Of a stretch of DNA of 64,000 nt, positions 1 to 10,352 are shown piece by piece; the first letter of the stretch is position 1, and each line of letters begins with the position of its first letter. Location: the NCBI GenBank assembly GCA_045804965.1, contig JBJMMD010000010.1:46378-110377 (forward strand), read 5' to 3'. The DNA comes from Thermomicrobiales bacterium. GTDB lineage: Bacteria > Chloroflexota > Chloroflexia > Thermomicrobiales > UBA6265. Below the pieces are notes generated by a model. It had not been told where the DNA came from, did no database searches, and saw only the letters and a list, made by a program, of their open reading frames with translations. Made by a program: the position numbers and the translations under genes.

Positions 1-366
1 CACCGCCGCGAATCGGGTGAAGACGCCCAAGATCAAGGCCAGGCCGACAAGGGTTTCACCAAACGCCACCATGTAGCTGAAGAGTGTGGCGTGGGGCAGG
101 AAGACATGGCGAATGAGCGCGGCATACCAGCCCAACACTTCTGGATGGTCCGCTTGCGCCATGGCGCCACCCGGCGCCAATTGCAGCGAGAAGCCCAAGA
201 ACTGGCGCTCGATCAGACCGGCTTGGGCGCCGATCCAGCCCGCGTGCTCATCGCCGAACGTTTTTGCCCAACCAGCCTGCAAAAACTCCCACCCGACCCA
301 GGCGCGGGCCAGGAGCCAGGCCGCCCCTGTTAGTTTCGGGTCCGTCATCCGTTCCTTCGTGAACAT
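1..366 (-). CDS. DoxX family membrane protein (N-terminal part; 3' end lies beyond the window start)
   Basis: Absent from the ORF track because it runs off the window. My own minus-strand translation starts at ATG 366-364, which is preceded by GAGGAAAAG. It reads MFTKERMTDPKLTGAAWLLARAWVGWEFLQAGWAK...FGETLVGLALILGVFTRFAAV, a W/G-rich hydrophobic DoxX-like pattern. Confidence 0.55.
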   Translation of the reverse strand, partial: MFTKERMTDPKLTGAAWLLARAWVGWEFLQAGWAKTFGDEHAGWIGAQAGLIERQFLGFSLQLAPGGAMAQADHPEVLGWYAALIRHVFLPHATLFSYMVAFGETLVGLALILGVFTRFAAV

Positions 367-441
367 GGTTTCTTTTCCTCTCACTGCAATTAAGCCCGTG
401 CGATGCCACGAGCCAAGCTCGGGTCCGCGACCACATGGTCG

Positions 442-987
442 CTAGGGGATGGGATCACCGTCGGCGGGGAGGTTTTGTCCTGCGGTGGACGCGCAGTGCT
501 GCGGGTGCGAGTCGCCGCCATTCGCCGAGCCGCCCGCTGTGCGAACGAGGACCAGACCAAGTTGGTCGTTGGTGATCTCGCCCGCGTCGCTCAGGACGAC
601 GGTGGATGCGATCAAGCCGCCCGCGCCCGCGAACTGCCCCTCGCCCCCCTCGATCTGCCAGATGGCGGCGCCGTGTCGGCGCCCGTCCTCCGCCGCAAGT
701 TCGAGATACGCGCTGCCGGCAGTACTGAAGTGGAGGCGGTGGCCGCCCGTCCCGAAGACGACGGTGCCGGTCTCCTGGAACGTGGTGGGGCCCGTGAAGA
801 CCCATTCCGATGCCAGGGTCGCCTCGTCGCCGGGTGCCGGACGCACCGTTCCGTTGAGTCCCTCGGTTCCGATCTGAGTGCAGATCGTGCAGCCGTGCGC
901 GCCGGTCGCGACCCTAAGGACGCTCCCGTCGATTCCAGCCCGTTCCGCCTCGCCCCGAAACCGCAGGGCATACATTTGCCGACGCAT
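442..987 (-). CDS. hypothetical protein (181 aa, Gly/Thr-rich)
   Basis: ORF track 442..987. ATG at 987 has AGAGGGAG 7 nt upstream. I cannot name any motif in it. Confidence 0.45.
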   Translation of the reverse strand: MRRQMYALRFRGEAERAGIDGSVLRVATGAHGCTICTQIGTEGLNGTVRPAPGDEATLASEWVFTGPTTFQETGTVVFGTGGHRLHFSTAGSAYLELAAEDGRRHGAAIWQIEGGEGQFAGAGGLIASTVVLSDAGEITNDQLGLVLVRTAGGSANGGDSHPQHCASTAGQNLPADGDPIP

Positions 988-1124
988 CGCAGCGCTCCCT
1001 CTGTTTGTTCGTCCGATGGCCCCGGTCGGGGCGCCGCTGCGGCTCTGCCATCAGGAATCGATCATGCCGGGCCGCTGTGGACTCCGCATGAGGAAGCGTT
1101 ACTCACTCGTAGTGGGGGATGTAC

Positions 1125-3713
1125 CTATTTTTCCGCCGGCCGAAGCACGCCGCCGGCCTCTGCGCTGGTGGCGGTGGCCGACAGGAGGCCGAGGAACCTG
1201 GCTTCGGCGGTAGCGGCGCGGCGCGAAGGGACGCTGAGCTTGGCAAGGATGGCTGCGACGTGGTTGGAGGCGGTGCGGCGGGAAATGAAGAGGCGCTCTG
1301 CAACCTCGCGGTCTGTCAACCCAGTCGCCACCAAGCGCAGGATTTCGACTTCTCGCCGCGTCAACCCGCAGCGAGCTCTGGCCTCCGCCGAGGTTGCGTC
1401 TTCCGCATTGCCCCTCTCCAGAACTCCCTGCATCGTGGCAACGGCCGCGGCCTCTAGGAGCGCCTCGTCCATTGACCAGACTGTACCGCCCACCGATACG
1501 GCGCTAGAAATCCGCCTCAGCACGCTCACCGCGCTGCTGGCGGCCGCAGTGACCAGCCGGGGGTCGCGGTCGATGGGCACGCCCATCTCTTCGCGTATTG
1601 CCGCCGCGGCACCCACCAGGCGAGAGGCCAGCTCCTGGTAACCATCCGTCGCCGCCAGTACGGCGCACCCCTCGAGCGCAAAGACCACAATGCGTCGGCG
1701 CCCAGTCTCGCGCAATAGCGCCAGCGACTCTGCGAAGTGGGCTCGAGCCGCCGCTATATCGCCGAGCTCCAACGTCAGCCACCCAAGATCAGTCGTCGTT
1801 GCGGCGACGTGCGATCGGTCGCGGGCCGCCCGCGCCACGGCGAGGCTCTCCTCCAGCAGCGGCCGAGCGGCGGCGAATTCGCCCTGCGCGATGAGCAGGC
1901 TGCCGAGACCGGCGAGGACGTGGGCAGTCGATCGCAGGTCGCCGGTCGTGCGCGAATGGCCAAGCGCCTCGTGCAACAGCGCCGAGGCCGTCGTCGCGTT
2001 CCCTGCACCCGCCTCAGCCCAAGCCAGGTTATAGAGCGCGCGCGCCAGGCCCCGGTGGTCGCTGAGTTCGCGCCAGATCGCCACGCTCTCCTCGCTGAGC
2101 GACTTTACCGCCGCGGTATCGCCGGTGTCGTCGGCGAGCGCCGACAGGCCCGTCAAGGCTGTCGCTTCCCCGGTTCGATCCCCGCTCACGCGAGCCAGGT
2201 CTCGGGCGAGCGCAAATGAGCGCGCGGCCTCGGCATGCTCGCCGAGATCGCGCAAAAGGTCGCCACGAACGTTCAGCGCGGCCGACCGCACGACCGGGTC
2301 GTCGTCAGGCGCGATTGGAAGCGCGCGGTCGAGCCAATCGCGCCCTTCGCTGTGGTGACCTCGTCGAAAACAGAAGCGCCCAAAACTCGTCGCCAGGCGG
2401 AGAGCGGTACCGGAAGATGTGCTTGCACACGCCCAAGCGAGGGCAGCGCGAATATTAGCGAGTTCGGCTTCCAGCTGATCGAATCCTGCCGCCTCGTCCG
2501 ATTCCATCCCGGACGCGTGCTCGGCCAGCGCCAGGTAATACGTGGCATGGGCCGCCCGGACATCATCCTCGTCGCCGGATACAGCCAGCCGCTCAAGACC
2601 GAACTCGCGGACCGTCTCGAGCATCTCGAATCGCGGCTCGGGATCACTACTCCATTCGCCTCGAAAAGTCGCGGATCGGTTGCTCCGCCGCACGAGGCTC
2701 TTGTCAACCAAGGAGGCGATCATGTCGAGGGCGGTCGCATTACAGGATGCTGCCGACGAATCCTCACCGGCGATCCGTGCTCGGTTCGTCCCCGCCGCGA
2801 TCGCCTCGGCGGCCTCGATCGTGAACCCGCCGGCGAACGCGGCGAGGCAGCTGAAGAAGACTTGTTCCTCCGAGCCGAGGAGTTCGTAGCTCCAGGCGAT
2901 TGCGTTGCGCATGGTCTGCAGGCGCGCCGGGACATCGCGCGAACCGCCGGTCAACACGGGAAGCCGGCGGGCCAGACGCGCGAGTAGCGCCACGGGCGTC
3001 AAATGCGGGCTGCGCGCTGCGGCCAGCTCCAGCGCAAGGGGCAACCCGTCGAGGCGGTGGCAGACGGCGGCTACCGCGGCCGCGTTCGCCGCCGTCAAGG
3101 TGAAACTAGGATCCACTGCCTGCGCGCGCTCGACAAAGAGACGCACAGCCGGGGCCGCGAACAAGTCAGGCAACGCGGGCAGGCGTTCGGGATCCGGAAC
3201 CTCCAGCGGTGGAACCGGCAGGTCGCGTTCGCCGGACAAATGCAGCCGCTCGCGGCTGGTGACTAAGAGCGTCAGATGTGGGCAAGCCACCATTACCTCC
3301 GCCAGCAAAGGGGCGGCCGGCAGGACGTGTTCGAAATTGTCGACCAGGAGGAGCGCTTTGGTCTCGTGGGCGACCGTCCGGAGCTGATCGGCGAACGGCA
3401 GGTGATCCAGTTCGGAAATCCCGAGGGCGCCGGCGAGGACACCGGCCACGAGTTGGTAGTCCTGGAGCGCCGCGAGGGGAACGAAGCGCATATCGTCGGC
3501 AAAATCGGCGGACACGTCGGAAGCCGCGGCCAAGGCAAGTCGGGTCTTGCCGACCCCACCGGGTCCGGTGAGGGTGAGAAGGCGCACGTCATCACGGCGG
3601 AGCAGCGCCCCGATCTCTGCGACCTCGCGCTCCCGCCCAATCAGGCTCGTGAGCGGCTCCGGAACCGGGCTACTCGTCCTGGGCTCAGGCTTGGGGGTAG
3701 CCATCGGGCGCAA
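1125..3713 (-). CDS. LuxR-family transcriptional regulator with N-terminal STAND/AAA ATPase and TPR-like repeats
   Basis: Walker [12 protein letters not shown] lies near the N-terminus. The middle is a long Ala/Leu-rich helical-repeat region. The C-terminus has a LuxR HTH ([43 protein letters not shown]). The first codon is TTG; ATG at 3704 is an alternative start. Confidence 0.85.
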   Translation of the reverse strand: MRPMATPKPEPRTSSPVPEPLTSLIGREREVAEIGALLRRDDVRLLTLTGPGGVGKTRLALAAASDVSADFADDMRFVPLAALQDYQLVAGVLAGALGISELDHLPFADQLRTVAHETKALLLVDNFEHVLPAAPLLAEVMVACPHLTLLVTSRERLHLSGERDLPVPPLEVPDPERLPALPDLFAAPAVRLFVERAQAVDPSFTLTAANAAAVAAVCHRLDGLPLALELAAARSPHLTPVALLARLARRLPVLTGGSRDVPARLQTMRNAIAWSYELLGSEEQVFFSCLAAFAGGFTIEAAEAIAAGTNRARIAGEDSSAASCNATALDMIASLVDKSLVRRSNRSATFRGEWSSDPEPRFEMLETVREFGLERLAVSGDEDDVRAAHATYYLALAEHASGMESDEAAGFDQLEAELANIRAALAWACASTSSGTALRLATSFGRFCFRRGHHSEGRDWLDRALPIAPDDDPVVRSAALNVRGDLLRDLGEHAEAARSFALARDLARVSGDRTGEATALTGLSALADDTGDTAAVKSLSEESVAIWRELSDHRGLARALYNLAWAEAGAGNATTASALLHEALGHSRTTGDLRSTAHVLAGLGSLLIAQGEFAAARPLLEESLAVARAARDRSHVAATTTDLGWLTLELGDIAAARAHFAESLALLRETGRRRIVVFALEGCAVLAATDGYQELASRLVGAAAAIREEMGVPIDRDPRLVTAAASSAVSVLRRISSAVSVGGTVWSMDEALLEAAAVATMQGVLERGNAEDATSAEARARCGLTRREVEILRLVATGLTDREVAERLFISRRTASNHVAAILAKLSVPSRRAATAEARFLGLLSATATSAEAGGVLRPAEK

Positions 3714-4011
3714 CGACCTTGCTCGCGGGCGAAGACTGAACGGCCGGAATGATGGCCGACGGCTGGCGGAGTGTCAACGGCTCCCGCCGGCAATGGAGCT
3801 ACTCCTATGTTTGCTTAACGGTGTTCCAAGCGCAAACGAACGTGGGACTTCGATCCATCGGCGGATGACCGGACCGAGCGGCGGAGCGAGGTGAGCGCCG
3901 CCAATGGTCATGGCAATCATGCTTCTATGGCGGTTGAAGACAATCCGGACGTCGGCGCTTCAGGCTGGGCAACAGGTCGACCAAAATTAGGCCGGTTCGC
4001 GGGCTCGCAAC

Positions 4012-5010
4012 TCAGAACAGGCCGTTGTACACCGCACACGAGCGGCAAATCTCCGGCGGATCGTCGGAGGCCAGGCGTGCCCGAAAGGCCGCGAAGTCGG
4101 GCGCGTTCCAGACTGCTGCGGCACCCTGCTCGATCATATTCCCGAAGTTGGCGCGATCCGGGGTGGAAACCATGCAGCAAGGCATGGCCAGTCCTTGGTA
4201 GCTGACATAGGCCTGATCCCACGGCCAGCTGCACCGCTGCCTTCCCGGCGTGCCCGGCGGGTGGGGTCGCGGCCGGACGCGGGGTAGGCGCAAGTCGACC
4301 GCCAGCTCATCTGCCACCGCTCGCGCCTCGCCGAAGTAGTGGTCGACCCGGTCGGGGTCCTCCTCCTGCAGCGTCTGCTCCTCCACGAAGTCGCGCATTG
4401 GTCGATAGTGGGCAGGCAGACTCTCTTCGCCGAAGTCATGACACAAATGCTGAACCCAGAGGTGGTCCATCCGCCAGCGGTGCGCGAAGCGCACGAGATC
4501 GGGCAGCTCGTGCAGATTCTGGCGCATCACCACGCTCACCATCTGTACGCGAGGGTGGTCGCTGCCGAGCCGCTCCTTGGCCTCGCGCAGCAACCCGAGC
4601 CCGCGCACGACCTTCTCCAGCCGAGACCGCACGCGGATGCGTTCGTAAGTCTCGGCGGTCGCGCCGTCGACCGAGACGTGGAGGCGTGCGAGCCCGCTCG
4701 TCACGCAGGCCGCGGCGCGACGCTCATTGAGCAGCGTCAGATTCGTGTTCGTGCTGACCTGGACTCCCTTACCTGCCGCATAGGCGACCATGTCGAAGAA
4801 GCGCGGGTGCATCATCGGCTCGCCGAGCCCTTGCAAGTGCAACTCGTGCAACCCGGAAAATTGGTTGACGAGGCGAACGAACGCATCGAAGCTCATGAAG
4901 GCGAGCGGCCCGTATGGCGGACCGTCCTGACGGAACTGAATTGCGCACATTTGGCAACGCAGATTGCACTGTCCGACGGGCTCGATCTGCAGGAACGAAG
5001 GCAGGTCCAT
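4012..5010 (-). CDS. radical SAM protein with C-terminal SPASM-like Cys-rich domain
   Basis: CNLRCQMC is the CxxxCxxC cluster motif. The C-terminal Cys-rich region reads CSWPW...MPCCMV...CRSCAVYNG. I moved the start to ATG 5010, which has GGAAGGAG 5 nt upstream; the track ORF extends to 5091. Confidence 0.85.
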   Translation of the reverse strand: MDLPSFLQIEPVGQCNLRCQMCAIQFRQDGPPYGPLAFMSFDAFVRLVNQFSGLHELHLQGLGEPMMHPRFFDMVAYAAGKGVQVSTNTNLTLLNERRAAACVTSGLARLHVSVDGATAETYERIRVRSRLEKVVRGLGLLREAKERLGSDHPRVQMVSVVMRQNLHELPDLVRFAHRWRMDHLWVQHLCHDFGEESLPAHYRPMRDFVEEQTLQEEDPDRVDHYFGEARAVADELAVDLRLPRVRPRPHPPGTPGRQRCSWPWDQAYVSYQGLAMPCCMVSTPDRANFGNMIEQGAAAVWNAPDFAAFRARLASDDPPEICRSCAVYNGLF

Positions 5011-5247
5011 CGTAGCTCCTTCCAAAGGGACAAGGCAACGAGCGGTCGCGTCAACGTGCAGACCCACGCTTTCTCCCAAGAAACACGCCACGGATGGTGG
5101 ATGGTGCCCGCTATCGCACGGTTGTCAGACTAGCATGAAGGGCGGAACGAATTGGGATCCGGCTGCGCCTTGATGACTGGACCAGAGGAGTGACGCACGA
5201 GAATGATGCTAGTTCGCCAAACCGGCGAGGGGTACGGCTCGCGGATA

Positions 5248-6369
5248 TTATGAGAAGCGAATACCGAGTTTGATCGATTGCTCGGGGTGTTCGTCGATCG
5301 CGCGGTACGCGTCAACACTCTCCGCAAATGGAACGATCGGCGTGACGATGCCTTGGGCGCTGAGGCGACCATCGGCCAGCCAGTTGAGCGTCGTGCGCGC
5401 GAGCCGGCCAAGCGTCCAGCCCTGGGCATCACGCATCGGCAGACTCTCGGCGCGAGCGGAGATCAATTGCAGGCGATTGATATGAAACTCCTCGCCGAGA
5501 CGGAGACCGGCCGAGTCACCGCCGTAGAAGGAGAGGACGCAGACCGTGCCGCCATACCGCGTCGCCCGGATTGCGTGGTGCAAGGCTTGGATACTGCCGG
5601 AGGCTTCCACCGCCACGTCGACGCCCAGGTTGCTGACCTGGGTCGCACGCTCTCGGTATCCGCCGACCAGACGCTCACCGTTTTCCGGCTCGAACGTGGC
5701 CGCGTTCCACCCGGCCGGAGCGGTCTGCCGGCGGATCGCGAATCCGATATCCCCATCGCCGTCGCGGGGATCGAGCACGACATCTGCCCCCAACGATCGC
5801 GCGAGTTCTCGGCGCGTCTCGATCGGGTCGACCGCGATCACGCAGTCGGCGCCCGCCTTGCGGGCAAGCTGGACCGCGAACAACCCAATCGCGCCCATGC
5901 CGAACACAGCGACGCGATCGCCAAGCTTGATGTTGCCGTCGCGCATGGCGAAGGCCATCACGGCTGGGTCAAGACAGACTGCCGATTCAGCGGAGAGGCC
6001 CGCTGGCATGGGATCAGCATTGGTCTCGTCGACCGTCTGCGTTTCGCGGATCGGGAAGTGACCAAAGACGCGGTCACCGGGCTGAAAGCGAGTGACGTCG
6101 GAACCTATGGCCTCAACGGCGCCAACCGCCATATTGCCTAGCGGCCGGGGGAAGGTGCCGGTGTCAGATGGACGCGGCAATACCGCGCCCCAAGCGCGGT
6201 CATAGGGGCGATGAGCGGCAGATTCATCGCGATAGCCGACCAGCTCTGTCCCGTGCTTCGGCGAGGCGAACTCCGTCCGGACGCGGATTTGGTGGGCGCC
6301 GAGCGGAGGATCGACGTACTCACGCAGTGCCGGCGTGCGCGGCGCGATCGCGATCAATTCTCGGGGCAT
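5248..6369 (-). CDS. zinc-type alcohol dehydrogenase (MDR superfamily)
   Basis: GroES-like N-terminal part (GDRVFGHFP) and a Rossmann motif VAVFGMGAIGLFAVQLARKAGA. Start set to ATG 6369 with GGAGG 9 nt upstream; the track start at 6378 is TTG. Confidence 0.8.
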   Translation of the reverse strand: MPRELIAIAPRTPALREYVDPPLGAHQIRVRTEFASPKHGTELVGYRDESAAHRPYDRAWGAVLPRPSDTGTFPRPLGNMAVGAVEAIGSDVTRFQPGDRVFGHFPIRETQTVDETNADPMPAGLSAESAVCLDPAVMAFAMRDGNIKLGDRVAVFGMGAIGLFAVQLARKAGADCVIAVDPIETRRELARSLGADVVLDPRDGDGDIGFAIRRQTAPAGWNAATFEPENGERLVGGYRERATQVSNLGVDVAVEASGSIQALHHAIRATRYGGTVCVLSFYGGDSAGLRLGEEFHINRLQLISARAESLPMRDAQGWTLGRLARTTLNWLADGRLSAQGIVTPIVPFAESVDAYRAIDEHPEQSIKLGIRFS

Positions 6370-6424
6370 TGTCCACAACCTCCAACACTCAGTGGCCGGT
6401 GCGCGCGATGCGGCTGAACTCGGT

Positions 6425-7237
6425 TTATGCCTGCTCCCATAGCGCGCGCAGGAAGCGAACCGTCTCGCCCAACATCACCTCCGGGCCCTGATCGGCGTGA
6501 GGTCCGGCCAGCGCGCTGCATTCGATGCTCACAAAGCCGCCGTAGGCGATCTGTTTCAACGCGGCGAAAGGCTTGTGGAAGTCGAGACAACCCGCGCCCG
6601 GTTGCAACCGGTTGTTGTCGGCGATGTGGACGTGGCCCAAATCCTTGCCAGCCGCCAGGATCGGCGCCGCCATGTTCGACTCCTCAATATTCATGTGGAA
6701 CAGATCGGCGAGGGCCAGTACCCGCGGATGGGCAATCGCCTTCGCGAGCGCAACAGCTTGCTCGACGCGGCGCAGGAAGGTGGCCTCGTAGCGGTTGAGG
6801 GGTTCCAAGAAGACCGCGGACCGGCCTTCGGGCAACGTCGACATCCAGTCGTGGAACATCTCCGCCGCGAACGCCGGCAGCTCGCGATCCGGGTCGGCCA
6901 ATTCGGGGAACGTCACCGGTCGCCGAAATGGCACGGAGATCACGCCCGCCGCGCCAAGCTCGTCAGCCAGCCGCAGGAGCTCGGCCAAAGCCGCGAAGCG
7001 GCGCGCGCGCGCGGCCGGATCCGGCTGCAGCGGATCGTGGATCGAATGCGTGCAAATGGCGCAAACGGGAAGGTCGGTCGAGCTCATCGCCCGCTTCACG
7101 TCGTCCAGGCGCTCGCTGAGATCGAAGTCCGGTCCAATACTGACTTCGACCGCGTCGAACCCCAATCGCTTCGCGCTCGCGAACTGCTCGTCAAGGGTTT
7201 CACCCGGCAAGCGCGATGTCTGAATTCCGATCTTCAC
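6425..7237 (-). CDS. sugar phosphate isomerase/epimerase (xylose-isomerase-like TIM barrel)
   Basis: Family-typical segments GFDAVEV, HVHIADNN and GFVSIE. Start set to GTG 7237 with AAGGAG 6 nt upstream. Confidence 0.8.
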   Translation of the reverse strand: MKIGIQTSRLPGETLDEQFASAKRLGFDAVEVSIGPDFDLSERLDDVKRAMSSTDLPVCAICTHSIHDPLQPDPAARARRFAALAELLRLADELGAAGVISVPFRRPVTFPELADPDRELPAFAAEMFHDWMSTLPEGRSAVFLEPLNRYEATFLRRVEQAVALAKAIAHPRVLALADLFHMNIEESNMAAPILAAGKDLGHVHIADNNRLQPGAGCLDFHKPFAALKQIAYGGFVSIECSALAGPHADQGPEVMLGETVRFLRALWEQA

Positions 7238-7351
7238 CCTCTGCTCCTTCGATTCAGCGCGGAACCGCACCACTGCCCGAGTGGCTGCCGGACGAGCCGC
7301 GATGCGCGTTCGCGCACGCCACTGCCCCCTCCGCGGCGGGCGCCGCCCGTC

Positions 7352-8464
7352 TCACGGGCGCCTTGCGCTTTCGCCCGGCGGGCCGGTCGAGGCGCGAACG
7401 ATCAATCGTGTCGATAGCCGCTGCTGGCGGCCGTGGTCGCCCCCATCGTTCGATTCCAAGACCCCGATCGCCAACCGGGCCGCAACCTGACCGATCTCGA
7501 CCATCGGCTGCGCCACGGACGTCAGCGGCGGCGCCAGGTTCGGCGCGTAGGTGTCGTCGAAACCCACAACCGAGAGATCGTCCGGAACGTGAAGCCCTTG
7601 GGCCAGGATCTCTTGGAGCACGCCCACGGCGAGCAGATCGCATCCGGCAAAGATCGCCGTTGGACGCTCGGCCGGCGGCAGGCCCAGCAGACGCCTGGTC
7701 ACAGCGCGCCCGCGCTCGGGCGAGGAGTACACATCGGTCAGCGCGATCAGGTCATTGCGCACCGGAATGCCGTGCGCGGCCAGGGTGCCAAGGTATCCAT
7801 CGAGGCGCTCACGCTCGACCGAGCGCCGTTCCCTCAAGCCGACTGCCGCGGGATCTCCTTGGCCATCCATCGGGGTTGCCGGGTCGAGCCCCACAAAAGC
7901 GATCCGCCGATGCCCGAGCGCAATCAAATGCTCGACCGCCTCGCACGCACCGGGACGATTGTCGACGCTGACTCCCAGCGTGGCCACGGTCCCCACACGC
8001 TCGACCTGGACAACCGGGACGCCGGCGGCGACCGCCAACCGAACATTCGCCTCATTCGTCACCGTCGTGAACAGGATGGCGTCGACGCGGTGGCGAAGGA
8101 GCGTCTCCACCGCCCTTCGTTCGGCGGCAGTGTCGCTCTGGGTATTGAACAGAATGACGCTACAGCCGTGCTTGGCCGCTTCTTGCTGAACGGCGAGGGC
8201 GACGGTCGCGAAGAAGAGATTGGGCGCAATCGATTGGAGCACGTGTCCGAGGAGAAACGTTCGCCGCCGTCGCAGCCCTTGCGCCACGGCGTTGACACGG
8301 TATCCGCTTTGCGCAAGCGCAGCTTCGACGATGAGGCGGGTCTCGCCGGCAACGTACCCGTTGTTATGGAGCACGCGCGCGATCGTCGCGGTCGACACCC
8401 CCGCCAGGCTGGCGACATCCTTCAGCGTCGCATGTTTCCGCGCCGGCGGACGCATGGTCACCAT
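7352..8464 (-). CDS. LacI family transcriptional regulator
   Basis: N-terminal HTH ATLKDVASLAGVSTATIARVLHNNGYV followed by a periplasmic-binding-fold effector domain. The start could be ATG 8464 or ATG 8455. Confidence 0.9.
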   Translation of the reverse strand: MVTMRPPARKHATLKDVASLAGVSTATIARVLHNNGYVAGETRLIVEAALAQSGYRVNAVAQGLRRRRTFLLGHVLQSIAPNLFFATVALAVQQEAAKHGCSVILFNTQSDTAAERRAVETLLRHRVDAILFTTVTNEANVRLAVAAGVPVVQVERVGTVATLGVSVDNRPGACEAVEHLIALGHRRIAFVGLDPATPMDGQGDPAAVGLRERRSVERERLDGYLGTLAAHGIPVRNDLIALTDVYSSPERGRAVTRRLLGLPPAERPTAIFAGCDLLAVGVLQEILAQGLHVPDDLSVVGFDDTYAPNLAPPLTSVAQPMVEIGQVAARLAIGVLESNDGGDHGRQQRLSTRLIVRASTGPPGESARRP

Positions 8465-8474
8465 GCGTTCCGGC

Positions 8475-9359
8475 TCATGATTTCAGCGCCCCCGCCGTGA
8501 TCCCTTCGATGAAGCGGCGCTGGAGGAGCAGGTAGAGCACGACCATCGGCAGCATCGAAATCGTGACCCCCGCCGCGATCATGCCCCGATCGGCAGTGAA
8601 CCGGCCAAAGAAGAACATCGTCCCGAGCGACACGGGGCGCAGCTCGTCGCGTTGGACGAAGACGAGCGGCATCAGGAACTGGTTCCAGGTCCAGATGAAC
8701 TGAAACACGACGAGGGTGGCCAAGCCCGGGACTGCCAGGGGGAGCATGATCTGCCGGAAGACGCTCCACTCATTCGCCCCGTCGACCCGCGCAGCGTCGC
8801 CCAGCTCCGCCGGCAGCCCGCGGAAAAAGGCGCGCATCAGAAAAATGCCGAATGGCAAGCGGAACGCAATGCCGGGCAGGATAAACGCCCAATACGTTTC
8901 CAGCAGATGGATGTCACGTAGCAGATAGTAAATCGGAATCATCACCGACTGGAACGGCACCATCAGCCCGAGCACGAAGATCAGCAGGATCGCCCCGCGC
9001 GCCGGCAGGGGCAGCATCGCTAACGCATATCCGGTCAGGCAGGAAAAGAAGACAACTCCGCCAACAATCGCAATGCAGTAGATAACCGTGTTGCCCATGT
9101 AGCGATCGAAGTGGCCGACGGTCCAGGCCCGTTGCAGGTTCTGCCAGCGGAATTGCTCAGGCAGCCCGAAGGGATCACGGGCGATCTCGATCGAGGTCTT
9201 GAACGCTGACGACCAGATCCAAATGAACGGGACGAAAAATATCAGGAAGAAGGCCACGAGCACGAGGTACCGGCCGATCTCCCAGCCAGCGCCCCGAGGC
9301 CACCGGCGAGGCGCGCCAATGAAGGTTTCTTTCCGCTCTTCGACCGCAGTGATCGCCAT
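8475..9359 (-). CDS. carbohydrate ABC transporter permease (MalG-like)
   Basis: Multi-TM protein with EAA-loop motif LGDAARVDGANEWSVFRQIMLPLAVPG. Confidence 0.9.
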   Translation of the reverse strand: MAITAVEERKETFIGAPRRWPRGAGWEIGRYLVLVAFFLIFFVPFIWIWSSAFKTSIEIARDPFGLPEQFRWQNLQRAWTVGHFDRYMGNTVIYCIAIVGGVVFFSCLTGYALAMLPLPARGAILLIFVLGLMVPFQSVMIPIYYLLRDIHLLETYWAFILPGIAFRLPFGIFLMRAFFRGLPAELGDAARVDGANEWSVFRQIMLPLAVPGLATLVVFQFIWTWNQFLMPLVFVQRDELRPVSLGTMFFFGRFTADRGMIAAGVTISMLPMVVLYLLLQRRFIEGITAGALKS

Positions 9360-9362
9360 CGC

Positions 9363-10286
9363 TCAGGCTCCCCTTCGTTCCCGCACCCGAATGAAGACAA
9401 CCGAGGCAACGAGCGAGATCGCCGTCATGACCAGGGAGAGAGTGGCAGCGTAGCCAACCCGGTTTTGGGTGAACGCCTGCGTGTAGGTGTAAGTGGCGAT
9501 CACTTCCGTTGCGTTGTTCGGGCCACCATTTGTCATGACGAAGATGATGTCAAAGACATTGAACCCACCGATCAGGAGGAGCGCCCCGACCACGGTGATC
9601 ACGTTCGCGAGCTGCGGCAGCGTCACGTCCCAGAACCGCTGCCACGCATTGGCGCCGTCAACGGTCGCCGCCTCGAGCAAATCCCGGCTGACATTCTGCA
9701 GTCCGGCCATGAAAACAACGAAGACGAATCCTGTCTCTGCCCAAATGGCCGCGACCAGGACCGCATAAAGCGCAACGTTCGGATCGCCCAACCAGCCACG
9801 GGAGACGGACTCGAAACCGAGCCGGTCGAGCGCCTCGTTGAGCAGACCGAAAATCGGGTTATAGATCCAGCCCCAGAGGATCGCGATCACGACCGAGGAG
9901 AGGACTTGCGGCATGAAGTAGGCGGTGCGGAAGAGCGTAAACCCGCGCGGCCGGCGCCAGAGGAGCATCGCCAGTAACAACCCAATCACCATCGGCGAAA
10001 TCGTGCCGACGATCACCCAGATCAGATTGTGACGGAGCGATTTCCAGAGCAGGTCATCATGGACGAGCTCGCGGTAGTTGGCGAGGCCGACCCAGTGCTT
10101 GACCGGATCGGCCCCATTCCAGTTGGTGAAGCTGAGGTAGATCGACTGAAAGAACGGGTAGATCATGAAGACGGCGTAGAGCAAAAACGCCGGCAGCACG
10201 AAGAGATAGCCAGCCCGATACCGCGCCCAGTGCCGCCCCAGCCGCCGGGTCAGTGTCTCGTTCGTCGCCACCGCGATCTGTGCCAT
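9363..10286 (-). CDS. carbohydrate ABC transporter permease (MalF-like)
   Basis: Multi-TM protein with EAA-loop motif LLEAATVDGANAWQRFWDVTLPQL. Confidence 0.9.
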   Translation of the reverse strand: MAQIAVATNETLTRRLGRHWARYRAGYLFVLPAFLLYAVFMIYPFFQSIYLSFTNWNGADPVKHWVGLANYRELVHDDLLWKSLRHNLIWVIVGTISPMVIGLLLAMLLWRRPRGFTLFRTAYFMPQVLSSVVIAILWGWIYNPIFGLLNEALDRLGFESVSRGWLGDPNVALYAVLVAAIWAETGFVFVVFMAGLQNVSRDLLEAATVDGANAWQRFWDVTLPQLANVITVVGALLLIGGFNVFDIIFVMTNGGPNNATEVIATYTYTQAFTQNRVGYAATLSLVMTAISLVASVVFIRVRERRGA

Positions 10287-10352
10287 CGCCGCTCCAACGT
10301 CCTCGAAACCGAACGCCTGCTTCGACCGTGTCGTTCGTCCAGATTCGCGCCA

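Noticed and set aside
403-1641. 412-aa plus-strand ORF overlapping the hypothetical gene and the LuxR C-terminus
   Set aside because: Low-complexity Ala/Arg/Pro/Ser composition, and antisense to two genes that have RBS-supported starts and a recognisable LuxR HTH. I regard it as a shadow ORF.
3768-3990. Small ORFs near the radical-SAM gene (29 aa on the plus strand at 3904-3990; 51 aa on the minus strand at 3920-3768) as possible RiPP precursors
   Set aside because: There is no convincing RBS for the minus-strand ORF. The plus-strand ORF is convergent with the enzyme gene. Neither has a Cys/Ser/Thr-rich core or a leader-like sequence. This is not supportable without conservation data.
7216-8500. 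Plus-strand ORFs 7216..7971 and 7433..8500, antisense to the LacI gene
   Set aside because: Arg/Pro-rich nonsense-like sequences. The minus strand encodes a textbook LacI HTH and effector domain.
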